Notes: generated from the sequence alone by a model not told the origin. Positions 1-9,235 are shown, counted from the stretch's first letter. The stretch: 64,000 nt of DNA from Caulobacteraceae bacterium (GCA_947475735.1 CANJLQ010000014.1:51751-115750), one strand, 5' to 3'. Numbers and translations are program-made.

Positions 1-129
1 CGTCAATTCGCCCTATCGGCCTAGCGGCTGCGACCGCAAAAAACTGGCGGGCGCCCCGCAATTCAATGTCGTTGCCCGGCCGATGATTCCCGCTCACCGT
101 GAATCCGGATCAACCGAACGGAGCTGTTC

Positions 130-384
130 ATGGAGCCCAGTCGCCACGCTGACCGCCGCCGGGCAGTGCATCTGAGCGGTCGGGAGGCCGAGTGCCTGCT
201 CTGGGTCAGTCGGGGAAAAAGCTCTTCGGACATCGGGCAAATCGTCGGGCTCTCCCCCCGGACCGTCGATAGCTATCTTGAAAAGGCGTGCGCCAAATTG
301 GGTGTGCGCACCCGCATTGAAGCCGTTGCGGTCGGAGTTCGAGCCGGCATTATTGACCCCGAAGATCCGATCTCGATCGAATGA
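130..384 (+). CDS. Small stand-alone LuxR/GerE-type HTH transcriptional regulator (84 aa)
   Basis: Translation has the typical LuxR C-terminal HTH pattern (REAECLLWVSRGKSSSDIGQIVGLSPRTVDSYLEKACAKLGVRTRIEAV). In-frame stop at 100-102 upstream. GGAG lies 8 nt before the ATG. No N-terminal receiver or autoinducer domain is possible. Confidence 0.75.
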   Translation: MEPSRHADRRRAVHLSGREAECLLWVSRGKSSSDIGQIVGLSPRTVDSYLEKACAKLGVRTRIEAVAVGVRAGIIDPEDPISIE

Positions 385-593
385 TGCAGTCTGCTGAAGG
401 GGAGGGGGCGGGCCTGGAACTTCTGTACAGAAGCCCGGAGGTTTCAGCCCTGACCGCCGCCGACGCATTGCGTCCCCTGGCTCAAGACCAGCGCCTGTCC
501 GTTCCGGAACCCGCCGTCGGCGATCCTACAACGCTTGGCGCGCGTCGCGCGAGTCAGGCTTGACCGGACCGCTCCGGGGAGGAAAACACCACG

Positions 594-893
594 ATGCCTA
601 AATACGCGCCCCTCGCAGCTTTCCTCCGACGCCAGAAGCGCGCCGAGGTGGATCTGACCTTCCGGGACATCGAACGGATCGTCGGCGGCATCCTGCCGAA
701 GGCCGCTGCCGTGGATGGATGGTGGAGAGCGGATCCGTCCGGGCCGATGATGCCCCAACATACCGCGTTCGCCGACGCCGGCTTCGTCGCCGAGCCCAGG
801 ATTCGAGCCGAGACGGTCCGCTTCGTTCGTCGGGAGGGCGGGAGATCGCCGGCCGGCGTTGCGCAGGTTGCCGCGAGGGACGGGGCGCTCTGA
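594..893 (+). CDS. Hypothetical small protein (99 aa)
   Basis: Intact ORF with non-shadow-like composition at its N-terminus (MPKYAPLAAFLRRQKRAEVDLTFRDIERIVGGILPKAA..WW). This resembles small proteins of unknown function often seen in accessory regions. Family not verifiable here. Confidence 0.45.
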   Translation: MPKYAPLAAFLRRQKRAEVDLTFRDIERIVGGILPKAAAVDGWWRADPSGPMMPQHTAFADAGFVAEPRIRAETVRFVRREGGRSPAGVAQVAARDGAL

Positions 894-1418
894 CCTCTGA
901 TCACCTCCGGCGGTTCGCTTGGAGAGGGGGCCGTTTCTCAAGTTATCTGCGGACTTGGCAAGGCCGGAACTCATGCACGAAACGTCAATGGCGCCCGCCA
1001 GTGATACCTCGATACGCTGAAGTTAGATGCTTTCACGAAGAGATGTTAGCTTGCGAAGAGAGTCGGGTTTTCCCTGCATCATATCGATTAGCGATATTAG
1101 CTGACTGAATAGGTCCAAAAAGATACCGACATCACGCAGATTTTATATTGTCGAAAACCTGTTTTATTTCAACATGCTTAGATTTGTGAGGTCTTCCAGT
1201 CGGTCCGATTGTCGGTCTTGCGCAGAAAAGCTAATATGAAACAGTTGGTTATGAATCATCAAGTAATCGAGTGGGAGTGACCGGGACCTTTCGGAGTCTT
1301 TCGGGTCGCTTCGACAGCCAAAGAACGGGAGCTGGCATTCGCTTGTTCCTTGTGACGCTTGGCAGCTACTAGTTTGAAGGTGTCAGAAACGGCATAGTGC
1401 TTCTGGCAGTGAGGTCGC

Positions 1419-1502
1419 ATGCGAGCACTCGCCGATCAGATCATGGAGCGCACCTCGACGCTGCCGGAAGGCGCGCCGATCGCTCAGGCGGCCTACGGCT
1501 GA
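1419..1502 (+). pseudogene. Fragment resembling the N-terminus of an AbiEi/DUF6088-type antitoxin (27 codons, then stop)
   Basis: MRALADQIMERTSTLPEGAPIAQAAYG* resembles the start of DUF6088/AbiEi-like antitoxins (I..R...LPEG.PF motif) but stops after 27 codons. Lies directly upstream of the AbiEii-like fragment. Confidence 0.3.
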
Positions 1503-1515
1503 CGTCTTCCTTTAG

Positions 1516-1629
1516 CTCTCCGCCGAGGACCGGGTCGAGGCGCTGGCGACCGCCGCCGCCCCATCCGGCCGTCCGGCCCACCTGCTGGAGAAGGACGTCT
1601 GGGTCGTCTGGGCTCTGCGGGGCTATGGT
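1516..1629 (+). pseudogene. Fragment resembling the N-terminus of a nucleotidyltransferase AbiEii/AbiGii-type toxin, truncated
   Basis: The frame opening after the TAG at 1513-1515 reads LSAEDRVEALATAAAPSGRPAHLLEKDVWVVWALRG. The (I/L)EKD(F/V)WV.W.L motif after an ER-containing helix is characteristic of AbiEii N-termini. There is no start codon, and the frame runs straight into the 3-prime end of the opposite-strand gene at 1630. Confidence 0.4.
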
Positions 1630-2607
1630 TCAGGGTGCGGTTGTCGATTCGGCGATCAACGTCTGTGCCTGTTCGATCGCAGCCTGAGTGGTCACCGCGC
1701 CGTCTCGGATCTGGTCGGCGAGGTTCATCAGCACCGGCCCGGTGATGGCTCCGGCCTGAGGCTCTTCTTCGAGGCCGATGCCGCCGTGGCGCGTGATGGC
1801 CTCGTCCCAGGCCGCTCGCACGGCAGCCCAGTAGTCCGCCGTCTCAGCCCAGTAGGCGTCGCCCGGCGCAGGGTCATAGTCGGTCGAGACGCGATAGGTG
1901 TTGACCACGTCCTCGTGCACCACGGTCGTCACGCCCGTGTCGTCGCCCTCGGCCGCCGCCAGCTTCAGATTGTCCTGGATGTGCACCCAGCCGCCCGGCA
2001 TCAGGGCGTGGCGGTTGACCCCGACATAGCGGTCATAGGGCCGCTCCCGGATCGCGTCGCGGCGCGCCAGGGGACGGGCTGTGTCGTCGCTGGTCCACTG
2101 AACCAGGCCGTTGTCGTGGCTCCAGCGCCCCACGCCGCCATAGCGGGGGCTGTCGTCGGTCTGCCAGACCGTCTGGGACCAGGCCCCGGCGCGATCCTCG
2201 GCCGAGACCGGGCTCAGCACCCAGCGGTTCGGTCCGGCGTAGGTCAGGACCGTCTCCGGCTCATAGGTCCAGTCCTGGCGCCAATGCTTGACGATGACGG
2301 TCTGGCCTTCGTGCGTCATGACCAGGGTGTGCTGGAGAACGATCCGGTCGCCGGTGTCCTCCAGCACCCGCACGTTCTCGAACCCGCCCGAGGTCTTGGG
2401 CTCCAGCGGTGAATACCCGGGCAGGAAGGAGACGGTCTCGCGCATGTCGAAGCGGACGCGGTAGTTGCCGACCTGACCCAGGATGGCCTGACGGTCGCGC
2501 TCGAAGGCGGCGGCCTCGGCCTGGACCGGGACGGGCTCGGCCACGGCGGCATAGGCGGGCAGGGTGCCGGCGGTCATCAGGACGGCGGCGATCACAAGGG
2601 TGCGCAT
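1630..2607 (-). CDS. Secreted protein of unknown function (possibly DUF6607-like), downstream partner of the TonB-dependent receptor
   Basis: Start taken at the internal MRTLVIAAVLMTAGTLPAYAAVA signal peptide (residue 46 of the 370-aa ORF). Lies 35 nt downstream of the receptor stop on the same strand. The KHWRQDWTYEP-type motif recalls DUF6607, unverified. Confidence 0.6.
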   Translation of the reverse strand: MRTLVIAAVLMTAGTLPAYAAVAEPVPVQAEAAAFERDRQAILGQVGNYRVRFDMRETVSFLPGYSPLEPKTSGGFENVRVLEDTGDRIVLQHTLVMTHEGQTVIVKHWRQDWTYEPETVLTYAGPNRWVLSPVSAEDRAGAWSQTVWQTDDSPRYGGVGRWSHDNGLVQWTSDDTARPLARRDAIRERPYDRYVGVNRHALMPGGWVHIQDNLKLAAAEGDDTGVTTVVHEDVVNTYRVSTDYDPAPGDAYWAETADYWAAVRAAWDEAITRHGGIGLEEEPQAGAITGPVLMNLADQIRDGAVTTQAAIEQAQTLIAESTTAP

Positions 2608-2642
2608 CGGAACCTCATTCATTTGGGTGGGGAAGGGGCGCG

Positions 2643-4859
2643 TCACAGACGCAGCGAAAGCGACAGGCCGACGTTGCGGCCCGGCTGGGTGTAGGCGTCG
2701 ACCACCGCCGAGGTGTTGGCCACCCCGCGCACGTCGCTCCACCAGCTGTAGGTCTCGTCGAACAGGTTGAAGACGCCGACGCGGGCGGTGACCTGCTCGG
2801 TCACGTTCCAGTATCCGGTCACATCGACCAGCCGGAAGCTGTCGCCGACGTAGCAGCCGTTGTTCGGCACGGCGTTGAAACAGGCCAGCCCATCAGTGTC
2901 GCGCGCCTTCTTGGCGTCCGACCAGGTGACGATGACCTCGGCCCCGAACCGCCCCTGCGGATCGTCCCAGCCCAGACCGCCGACCAGCTTGATGGGGTCG
3001 ATGGAGGGCAGGGCCGTGGTCGCGCCGGCGGTCGTCTGCTCGCCGTCGGCCCAGGCGCCGGACAGGTTCAGCCGCCAGCCGTTGTCCCAGTCGATGCGCG
3101 CCCGGCTCTCCAGCCCCTTCACCTCCACGTCGGTGAAGTTGACGAACTGGAACACGGCCGGGTTCTGCGGCGTGAAGGCGCCGGAGACCACCTGCTGGCT
3201 GATGAAGTTCTCATAGTCCGACTGGAAGGCGACCAACTGGACGGCCATCGCCCCGCCAGCGAAATCGATATCCCTCAGACGCAGGCCCGCCTCGATGCTG
3301 CGGCTCGTCTCGGGCTCCAGGTCCGGGTTGGGGATGGAGACGTAGCCCGACGGCGCGTTGGAGAAGCCGTTGTTCACCTGGCTCGGCGTCGGCGCCTTGA
3401 AGCCCTCGGCCCAGTTGGCGAACAGCTGGAAGGTCGGGGTCGCCTGCCAGACCACGCCCAGCTTGGGCGAGATGCGGCTGTCCGACTGGTCCGCGCGCGC
3501 GCCGACATACAGCGGATCGGCGTCGGTCGAGAGCTCATAGGCGTCGTAGCGCAGGGCCGGGATGATCTTCAGCCGGTCGTCCAGCAAGGCGATCTCATCC
3601 TGCACGAAGACGCCCGCCAGGGTGTAGTCGGTGATCGGGAACGGGCTGGTCGGGAAGGTCTCTCCGAACGGCGGCACCGTGCCGTCGCGCACGCCCTGCT
3701 GGCGCGTCTCGGACCAGTCGCCGCCGAAGGTCAGGCGATGCGCGACCCCGACCAGGCTCAGGGTGGTCCGGGCGTCGGCGGCGAGGCCAAAGACCCGGTT
3801 GTCGAAGGTGTTGTCGCGCGTGCGGTCCACCGCCGGCGTGCGGTCCTCGAAGGTGAACTGCCGCGTCTCGGCCTCCTGCCAGTAGGCGGCGATCTGGGCG
3901 CGCTCCAGGCCGAAGACGTCGGTCCCGCGCCAGTCCAGGCTGACCCGATCGCGCGTCGTCTCATCGTTCGCCGTCAGGTTCAGCACCGTCGCCGTGCGCC
4001 CGCTCAGCACATCGGCGAACACCTCGCTGTCATAGTGGTCATACGTCAGCCGCAGCGCATGGCCCGGCGCGACGTCCCAGACGATCTTGCCCAAGACGGC
4101 GTTGGACTGGATGTCCTGGGGGTTGGCCGTGGTCCGCAGCGGCCCGACCACGTCGTTGTCGCCTCTCGTTTCCGTCTCCTGGGCGTCCCGGCGGGTGTAG
4201 GCCAGCAGACCCGACCACGCCCCGGCCCGGCCGGCGAGCGCCAGGCCCTCGGTCCAGCTCTCGTCGGCGGAGTTGTAAGCCAGGCGGCCCCTTGCACCGA
4301 AATCGCGCCCGCCCGGCAGCAGGTCGGCGGGGTCCTTGGTCGTGAAGCTGACCGCGCCCGCCACTCCGTCCGAGCCATAAAGCGCCGAGGCCGGACCACG
4401 CAGGATCTCGACCGAGCGCATCAGGTCCAGATCGGAATAGCCGCCGCGGCCCACGCTCTGGGCACCGAAGGTGAAGCCGTCGGGGCTGCGCACGCCGTCC
4501 ACGACGATCAGAACCCGGTCACCGCCCAGGCCCCGGATGGTGAAGCCCTCATTGCCCGCCCGGCCGGTGGTGCCCAAGGCCGCGCCGAAGCGCGCTGGCT
4601 GGCTGACGACGCTGACGCCGGGCTCATAACGGACCAGGTCCTTGATGTCGGTGAACAGCAGCCGCTCGATCTGCTCAGCGGTGAACACGGTGACCGTGGC
4701 CGGTGCTTCATCCACGCGGGTCTCGCTGCGCGTCGCCACGACCGTGACGGGCGGCAGTTGGGTCGCGTCGCCCGGATCGCCCTCGCCCGGCTCGGCCAGA
4801 GTCGGCAGGGCCAGCCCGAGGGCCAGAACGGACGTGGACAAGGCGAGGAGGGGACGCAT
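2643..4859 (-). CDS. TonB-dependent outer-membrane receptor
   Basis: Signal peptide MRPLLALSTSVLALGLALPTLA. Plug-domain motifs (VTVFTAEQIE..DIKDLVRYEPGVSV, FTIRGLGGDRVLIVVDG) and a long beta-barrel ending in the aromatic-terminal pattern ..GLSLSLRL. Start at the internal ATG at 4859. Confidence 0.9.
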   Translation of the reverse strand: MRPLLALSTSVLALGLALPTLAEPGEGDPGDATQLPPVTVVATRSETRVDEAPATVTVFTAEQIERLLFTDIKDLVRYEPGVSVVSQPARFGAALGTTGRAGNEGFTIRGLGGDRVLIVVDGVRSPDGFTFGAQSVGRGGYSDLDLMRSVEILRGPASALYGSDGVAGAVSFTTKDPADLLPGGRDFGARGRLAYNSADESWTEGLALAGRAGAWSGLLAYTRRDAQETETRGDNDVVGPLRTTANPQDIQSNAVLGKIVWDVAPGHALRLTYDHYDSEVFADVLSGRTATVLNLTANDETTRDRVSLDWRGTDVFGLERAQIAAYWQEAETRQFTFEDRTPAVDRTRDNTFDNRVFGLAADARTTLSLVGVAHRLTFGGDWSETRQQGVRDGTVPPFGETFPTSPFPITDYTLAGVFVQDEIALLDDRLKIIPALRYDAYELSTDADPLYVGARADQSDSRISPKLGVVWQATPTFQLFANWAEGFKAPTPSQVNNGFSNAPSGYVSIPNPDLEPETSRSIEAGLRLRDIDFAGGAMAVQLVAFQSDYENFISQQVVSGAFTPQNPAVFQFVNFTDVEVKGLESRARIDWDNGWRLNLSGAWADGEQTTAGATTALPSIDPIKLVGGLGWDDPQGRFGAEVIVTWSDAKKARDTDGLACFNAVPNNGCYVGDSFRLVDVTGYWNVTEQVTARVGVFNLFDETYSWWSDVRGVANTSAVVDAYTQPGRNVGLSLSLRL

Positions 4860-4889
4860 GACGAGGGCTCCGCTTGAGGACGGCGGACC

Positions 4890-4908
4890 AATAATGAGAA
4901 TGCTTCTG
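4890..4908. promoter_or_regulatory. Fur-box-like sequence upstream of the TonB-dependent receptor
   Basis: AATAATGAGAATGCTTCTG matches 13/19 positions of GATAATGATAATCATTATC by my alignment. Lies 31-49 nt upstream of the receptor ATG (4859, minus strand), in the gap shared with the divergent Fe(3+) ABC operon. Confidence 0.35.
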
Positions 4909-5169
4909 CAATTCAATCTCAATTAGCGGGCGAGCTGGTTTTCTCAAGTCGTGTACCGGGAGTCCGATGTCGACCCAGAAGAGACCGGCCCGCGTCAGCT
5001 GCACGGCTTGACCGACGCCGAACGGCATCGCCGGGAGCATCGGTGACAGGCAGGCCTGCGGCGAAGAAGTCGCGCACGCGCCATCAGTGTTGCGACTGCT
5101 TCGCAAGTTCACTATACCGAAGCTGCATCATCATGGCCGACCTGCGGCCCCAGTCCCGGAACCTTTACC

Positions 5170-6219
5170 ATGTCCCTTCGTAACACCCTGATGCTGGCGG
5201 TCGCCGCTGCCCTTGTGCTCGCCGGCTGCGGCCAGTCCCCCGAGACCAAGACCGACGCGGCGGACGCCGGCGTCGTGAACCTCTACACGGCGCGCCACTA
5301 CGACGCCGATCTCAAGCTCTATGAGCGCTTCACGGAGCTGACGGGCATTCGGGTCAACCGCATCGAGGGCAACGCCGATCAGCTGATCGCCCGCATGCAG
5401 GCCGAGGGCGAGGCCAGCCCCGCCGACGTCTTCGTGGTGTCGGACGCGGGGGCGCTGTGGCGGGTCCAGAACGCCGGCCTGTTCCAGCCCATCCAGAGCC
5501 AGACCCTGGACGCGGCCATCCCAGCCAACCTGCGCGACCCGGAGGGCCGTTGGTTCGGCTTCACCCGCCGCGCTCGGGTGGTCGCCTACGATCCCGCAAA
5601 GGTGCGCCCCGAAGAGGTCGACACCTACGAGGAGATCGCCTCGCCCCGTTTCCGCGGCCGGCTTTGCGTCCGCTCAGCGGACAATCCCTACAACCTGTCG
5701 CTGGTCGGGGCCCTGATCGAGGCCTGGGGCCCGGAGAAGGCGGCGGAATGGACGCGCGGCGTCGCCGCCAACCTGGCCCGGCCACCCGAGGGCGGCGACC
5801 GCGACCAGATCCGCGCCGTCGGCGCCGGTGTCTGCGAGATCGCGCTGACCAACACATACTACTATGTCCTGCTGGGTCAGGGTGACGACGCTGGCGACCG
5901 CGCCCTGGTCGAGCGCATCAAGCTGTCCTTCCCGTCGCTGGACGGGCAGGGAACCCATGTGAACGTCTCGGGCGGCGGCGTCGTCGCGGGCGCGCCGAAC
6001 CGTGGAAACGCCATCCGCCTGGTCGAATTCCTTGGCTCGGCCGAGGCCCAGACGATGGTCGCCGCCTCGAACGGCGAATACCCCGCCAGCCCCTCGGTCC
6101 CGGCCCCGTCGCCGGTCAATGCGATCGCCGACTTCACCGCCCATCCGATGTCCGTGGCCGCCTATGGCCCCCGCACGGCCCAGGCGCTGGAGCTGATGAC
6201 CGCCGCGGGCTGGCGGTGA
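5170..6219 (+). CDS. Fe(3+) ABC transporter periplasmic substrate-binding (lipo)protein, FbpA/AfuA-like
   Basis: Lipobox LAGCGQS. VVNLYTARHYDADLKLYERFTELTGIRVN..ADVFVVSDAGALWR is typical of ferric-binding proteins. Confidence 0.85.
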   Translation: MSLRNTLMLAVAAALVLAGCGQSPETKTDAADAGVVNLYTARHYDADLKLYERFTELTGIRVNRIEGNADQLIARMQAEGEASPADVFVVSDAGALWRVQNAGLFQPIQSQTLDAAIPANLRDPEGRWFGFTRRARVVAYDPAKVRPEEVDTYEEIASPRFRGRLCVRSADNPYNLSLVGALIEAWGPEKAAEWTRGVAANLARPPEGGDRDQIRAVGAGVCEIALTNTYYYVLLGQGDDAGDRALVERIKLSFPSLDGQGTHVNVSGGGVVAGAPNRGNAIRLVEFLGSAEAQTMVAASNGEYPASPSVPAPSPVNAIADFTAHPMSVAAYGPRTAQALELMTAAGWR

Positions 6220-7832
6220 TCGAGACAGCGGTCCTTCCGGCCCGGCCGGGTCTTCGGCTCCCGTCAACGCTGACCGGGATCGCCTGGGTCGCCATTCTGG
6301 TGGTTCTCGCGCCGTTGCTGGGGGTGGCTCTGGCGGCGGCGCGCGGCCCCTGGGCTGGGCTGTCGGCCGAGACGTTCACGGCCTATGCGACCTCCTCGGC
6401 CATCCTCGCGGTCGGCGTCGGCGTCCTGGCTTCAGTGCTTGGGCTCGGTTCGGCCTGGCTGGTGGCTCAATACCGGTTCCCGGGGCGGGGGACCTTCAGC
6501 TGGTTGCTGATTTTGCCGCTGGCCGCGCCAACCTTCGCCCTGGCCTATGGCTATGCCGATCTCTTGGACGTAGCCGGGCCGATCCGGACCTGGCTGCGTC
6601 AGGATTTCGACATCGAGGTGCCGGGCACGGTGCGCAGTCTGCCGGGCGCGGTCCTCATCCTGTCGTTGGCGTTCTATCCCTACGTCTATCTGGCGGTTCG
6701 CGACGCCCTGCTGAACCAGTCCAGTTCGGCGCACGAAGCGGCGCGGGCCCTCGGAGCGTCTCCGGCGCGTGTGTTCTGGCGCGTCACCCTGCCTATGGCG
6801 CGACCCGCCCTTGCGGCGGGCCTTGCGCTGACCCTGATGGAGACACTGGCCGACTATGGAGCCGTGAGTTTTCTCAGCGTCCAGACCCTGACAACCGGGG
6901 TCGTCCGCGTCTGGTCTGTGAACGGTTCGCCCGCCTCGGCGGCGCTCCTCGGCCTGCCGCTGATCGGCACCGCCGCGGCTCTTCTGATCCTCGAACGATG
7001 GAGTCGGTCGCATCGGGCCTACGGCGTCCACGCGAGCGGATGGCGCGCCCTTCCCGCTCGGTCGCTGACCGGCTGGCGCGCGATCCTGGCGACCTCGGCG
7101 TGCGGCCTCCTGCTCGTCGTCGCCTTCATCCTGCCGCTGGGCTGGCTGGGCTGGAACGGGCTTCAGGCGACGCCCGAGTGGCCGCGTCTGGCGGCGGCGG
7201 CCGGACGCGTCGCGGCGCTGGGCGTCGCAGGGGCGCTGGTGGCGACCGCCCTCGCGCTCGCCCTAGCGCTGGCGGGGCGGGGGCGGCCGTTGCTGACCCG
7301 TCTCGCCGGCCTCGGCTACGCCACCCCGGGTGCCGTCATGGCGATCGGGCTCCTGGTCCCGGCCGGGTTGTTATGGCGCGCCATGCCCGGCCCGGGCCTC
7401 ATGTTCGCCAGCGGTCTCATCTTGCTGATCTCTGCCTATGCTTCCCGACTGATGGCGGCCGCGTTGGAGCCGATCGCCTCGGCCCTGACCCGCGCCCGTC
7501 CGTCGATGAGCGACGCCGCTCGCGCCTTGGGCCGGACCCCGTTCGGCGCCGCGTGGTCGGTTCAGGTCCCGCTGGCCAGCGGCGGCCTGCTGACGGCGGG
7601 GCTGATTGTCTTCATCGACGTGGTCAAGGAGCTGCCCGCGACCCTGATTTTGCGTCCTTTCAACTTCGACACCCTGGCCGTGCTCGCCGACGCCTATGCC
7701 CGCGACGAGCGCATCGGCCAGGCTGCCTGGCCCGCCCTGATGATCGTCGCGGTGGCCTTGCCCGCCTGTCTGTGGTTGACCCGCCGCATCTCGGGCGCGC
7801 GGCCGGGAGGGAGCTTTGAAGGTGACAACTGA
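6216..7832 (+). CDS. Iron ABC transporter permease (fused two-domain, FbpB-like)
   Basis: 538-aa polytopic membrane protein with two permease repeats. GTGA start/stop overlap with the binding-protein gene. Confidence 0.85.
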   Translation: MIETAVLPARPGLRLPSTLTGIAWVAILVVLAPLLGVALAAARGPWAGLSAETFTAYATSSAILAVGVGVLASVLGLGSAWLVAQYRFPGRGTFSWLLILPLAAPTFALAYGYADLLDVAGPIRTWLRQDFDIEVPGTVRSLPGAVLILSLAFYPYVYLAVRDALLNQSSSAHEAARALGASPARVFWRVTLPMARPALAAGLALTLMETLADYGAVSFLSVQTLTTGVVRVWSVNGSPASAALLGLPLIGTAAALLILERWSRSHRAYGVHASGWRALPARSLTGWRAILATSACGLLLVVAFILPLGWLGWNGLQATPEWPRLAAAAGRVAALGVAGALVATALALALALAGRGRPLLTRLAGLGYATPGAVMAIGLLVPAGLLWRAMPGPGLMFASGLILLISAYASRLMAAALEPIASALTRARPSMSDAARALGRTPFGAAWSVQVPLASGGLLTAGLIVFIDVVKELPATLILRPFNFDTLAVLADAYARDERIGQAAWPALMIVAVALPACLWLTRRISGARPGGSFEGDN

Positions 7833-8862
7833 TCCCGTTCTGTCCGTCGAAGGCCTGAGCTTTGCCTATGGAGCGCGCGCGATCCTCTCGGACATCGATC
7901 TGACCGTCGTCCCGGGCGAACTCGTCGCGATCCTTGGGCCGTCGGGCAGCGGCAAAAGCACCTTGCTGCGCCTGATCGCGGGACTGGAACGCCCCGCCGG
8001 CGGCCGCATCACGATCGGCGGGACGATCGTCGCCGATGCCCGCTCCAGCCTGCCGGCCGAGCGTCGAGGTCTTGGGCTGATCTTCCAGGAAGACGCCCTG
8101 TTCCCGCACCTCACCATTCTCGACAACGTCGCCTTCGGTCTCCAGCGCCTGGGGCGGTCCGAGCGGCGAGCCCGGGCGCTGGAAACCCTGGATCGCTTCG
8201 GCCTCGCCGACCGCGCCGACGACTGGCCCCATCGGCTGTCGGGGGGCGAGCAACAGCGCGTTGCCGTGGCCCGTGCCTTGGCTCCGCGGCCGCCGCTCAT
8301 CCTGATGGACGAGCCGTTTTCGCGGCTGGATTCTGCGCTACGGCAACATATCCGCGAGGACGTTGTCGCCGTGCTGCGTGACACCGGCGTCGCCGTCGTC
8401 GTCGTCACCCACGATGCCGAGGAAGCCATGTCCACCGCCGATCAACTGGTGCTCATGGCCGACGGCCGCGTGCTTCAGACCGGAACGCCAGAGGCCTGCT
8501 ACCACCGGCCCGTCTCCGTTCAGGCGGGGCGGCTCCTGGGTCCTCTGAACGTTGTCTCCGTCGAGAGCGGACCGGATGGCGTGGTGACGCCCTTTGGTCT
8601 GATGGTTGTCGAAGGCGCGTTCGCCGGTTCGGCCGAGATGGTCTTTCGACCCGAGACAGTCGTTCCCTCTGCAGAAGGCATCGAGGCGCGAGTCGTATCC
8701 CGCATCTTCGCAGGCCCAGTGACACGATACATCTTGTCGGTCGGCGATCTCCGCCTTGAGACGAAGGGCTTCGGTACCGATCCTGTTCTTGTTGAAGGGC
8801 AGGCCGTCCGGGTCACTCTGGCGAGACTGGAGAATCGCGCGACAATTCTCAGCGGGCTCTGA
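7822..8862 (+). CDS. ABC transporter ATP-binding protein (FbpC-like)
   Basis: Walker A GPSGSGKST, signature LSGGEQQRVAVARAL, Walker B LILMDEPFS, and a C-terminal TOBE-like domain. The ORF track starts at TTG 7816. I prefer GTG 7822, which sits 8 nt after GGGAGGGAG. Confidence 0.88.
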   Translation: MTTDPVLSVEGLSFAYGARAILSDIDLTVVPGELVAILGPSGSGKSTLLRLIAGLERPAGGRITIGGTIVADARSSLPAERRGLGLIFQEDALFPHLTILDNVAFGLQRLGRSERRARALETLDRFGLADRADDWPHRLSGGEQQRVAVARALAPRPPLILMDEPFSRLDSALRQHIREDVVAVLRDTGVAVVVVTHDAEEAMSTADQLVLMADGRVLQTGTPEACYHRPVSVQAGRLLGPLNVVSVESGPDGVVTPFGLMVVEGAFAGSAEMVFRPETVVPSAEGIEARVVSRIFAGPVTRYILSVGDLRLETKGFGTDPVLVEGQAVRVTLARLENRATILSGL

Positions 8863-9235
8863 TCAATCAAGGAAGCGACTGACGATGCCACAAGATAAGA
8901 GCTGGACGCTCGAAGAGGGCGGGCTCTGGGATTGCGTACTCGTCGCCTACTCCAGCAACGAAACGCTCACGAGCGTGTCAGCTGGCGCTGTTTCGCCGCA
9001 GATGACGCGGTGCGCGATGCCTCAGCGGGAAAGTCTGTGGCAGCCGAATGGGTCGTGTGTCGCACCACCAAGCGTTTAGACTTCATTAATGACGCCGGCC
9101 CGCTCGTAGTGGCCGTAACCGTCATCGGCTCCTTGCGCGGCGAGGCCGCCCGGTGCTGGGTCGTTCCGACCTTTGCTTGTGACTCAGAGCAAAGCTCTGT
9201 GGATCTGGACGTGAGAGTGATCGAGAGGGAATGAA

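Noticed and set aside
2409-4877. 822-aa ORF on the plus strand, the longest in the first 5 kb
   Set aside because: It lies entirely antisense to the well-supported TonB-dependent receptor. Its translation is Arg/Gly/Ala/Pro-rich low-complexity sequence, typical of shadow frames in high-GC DNA, and it has no motifs.
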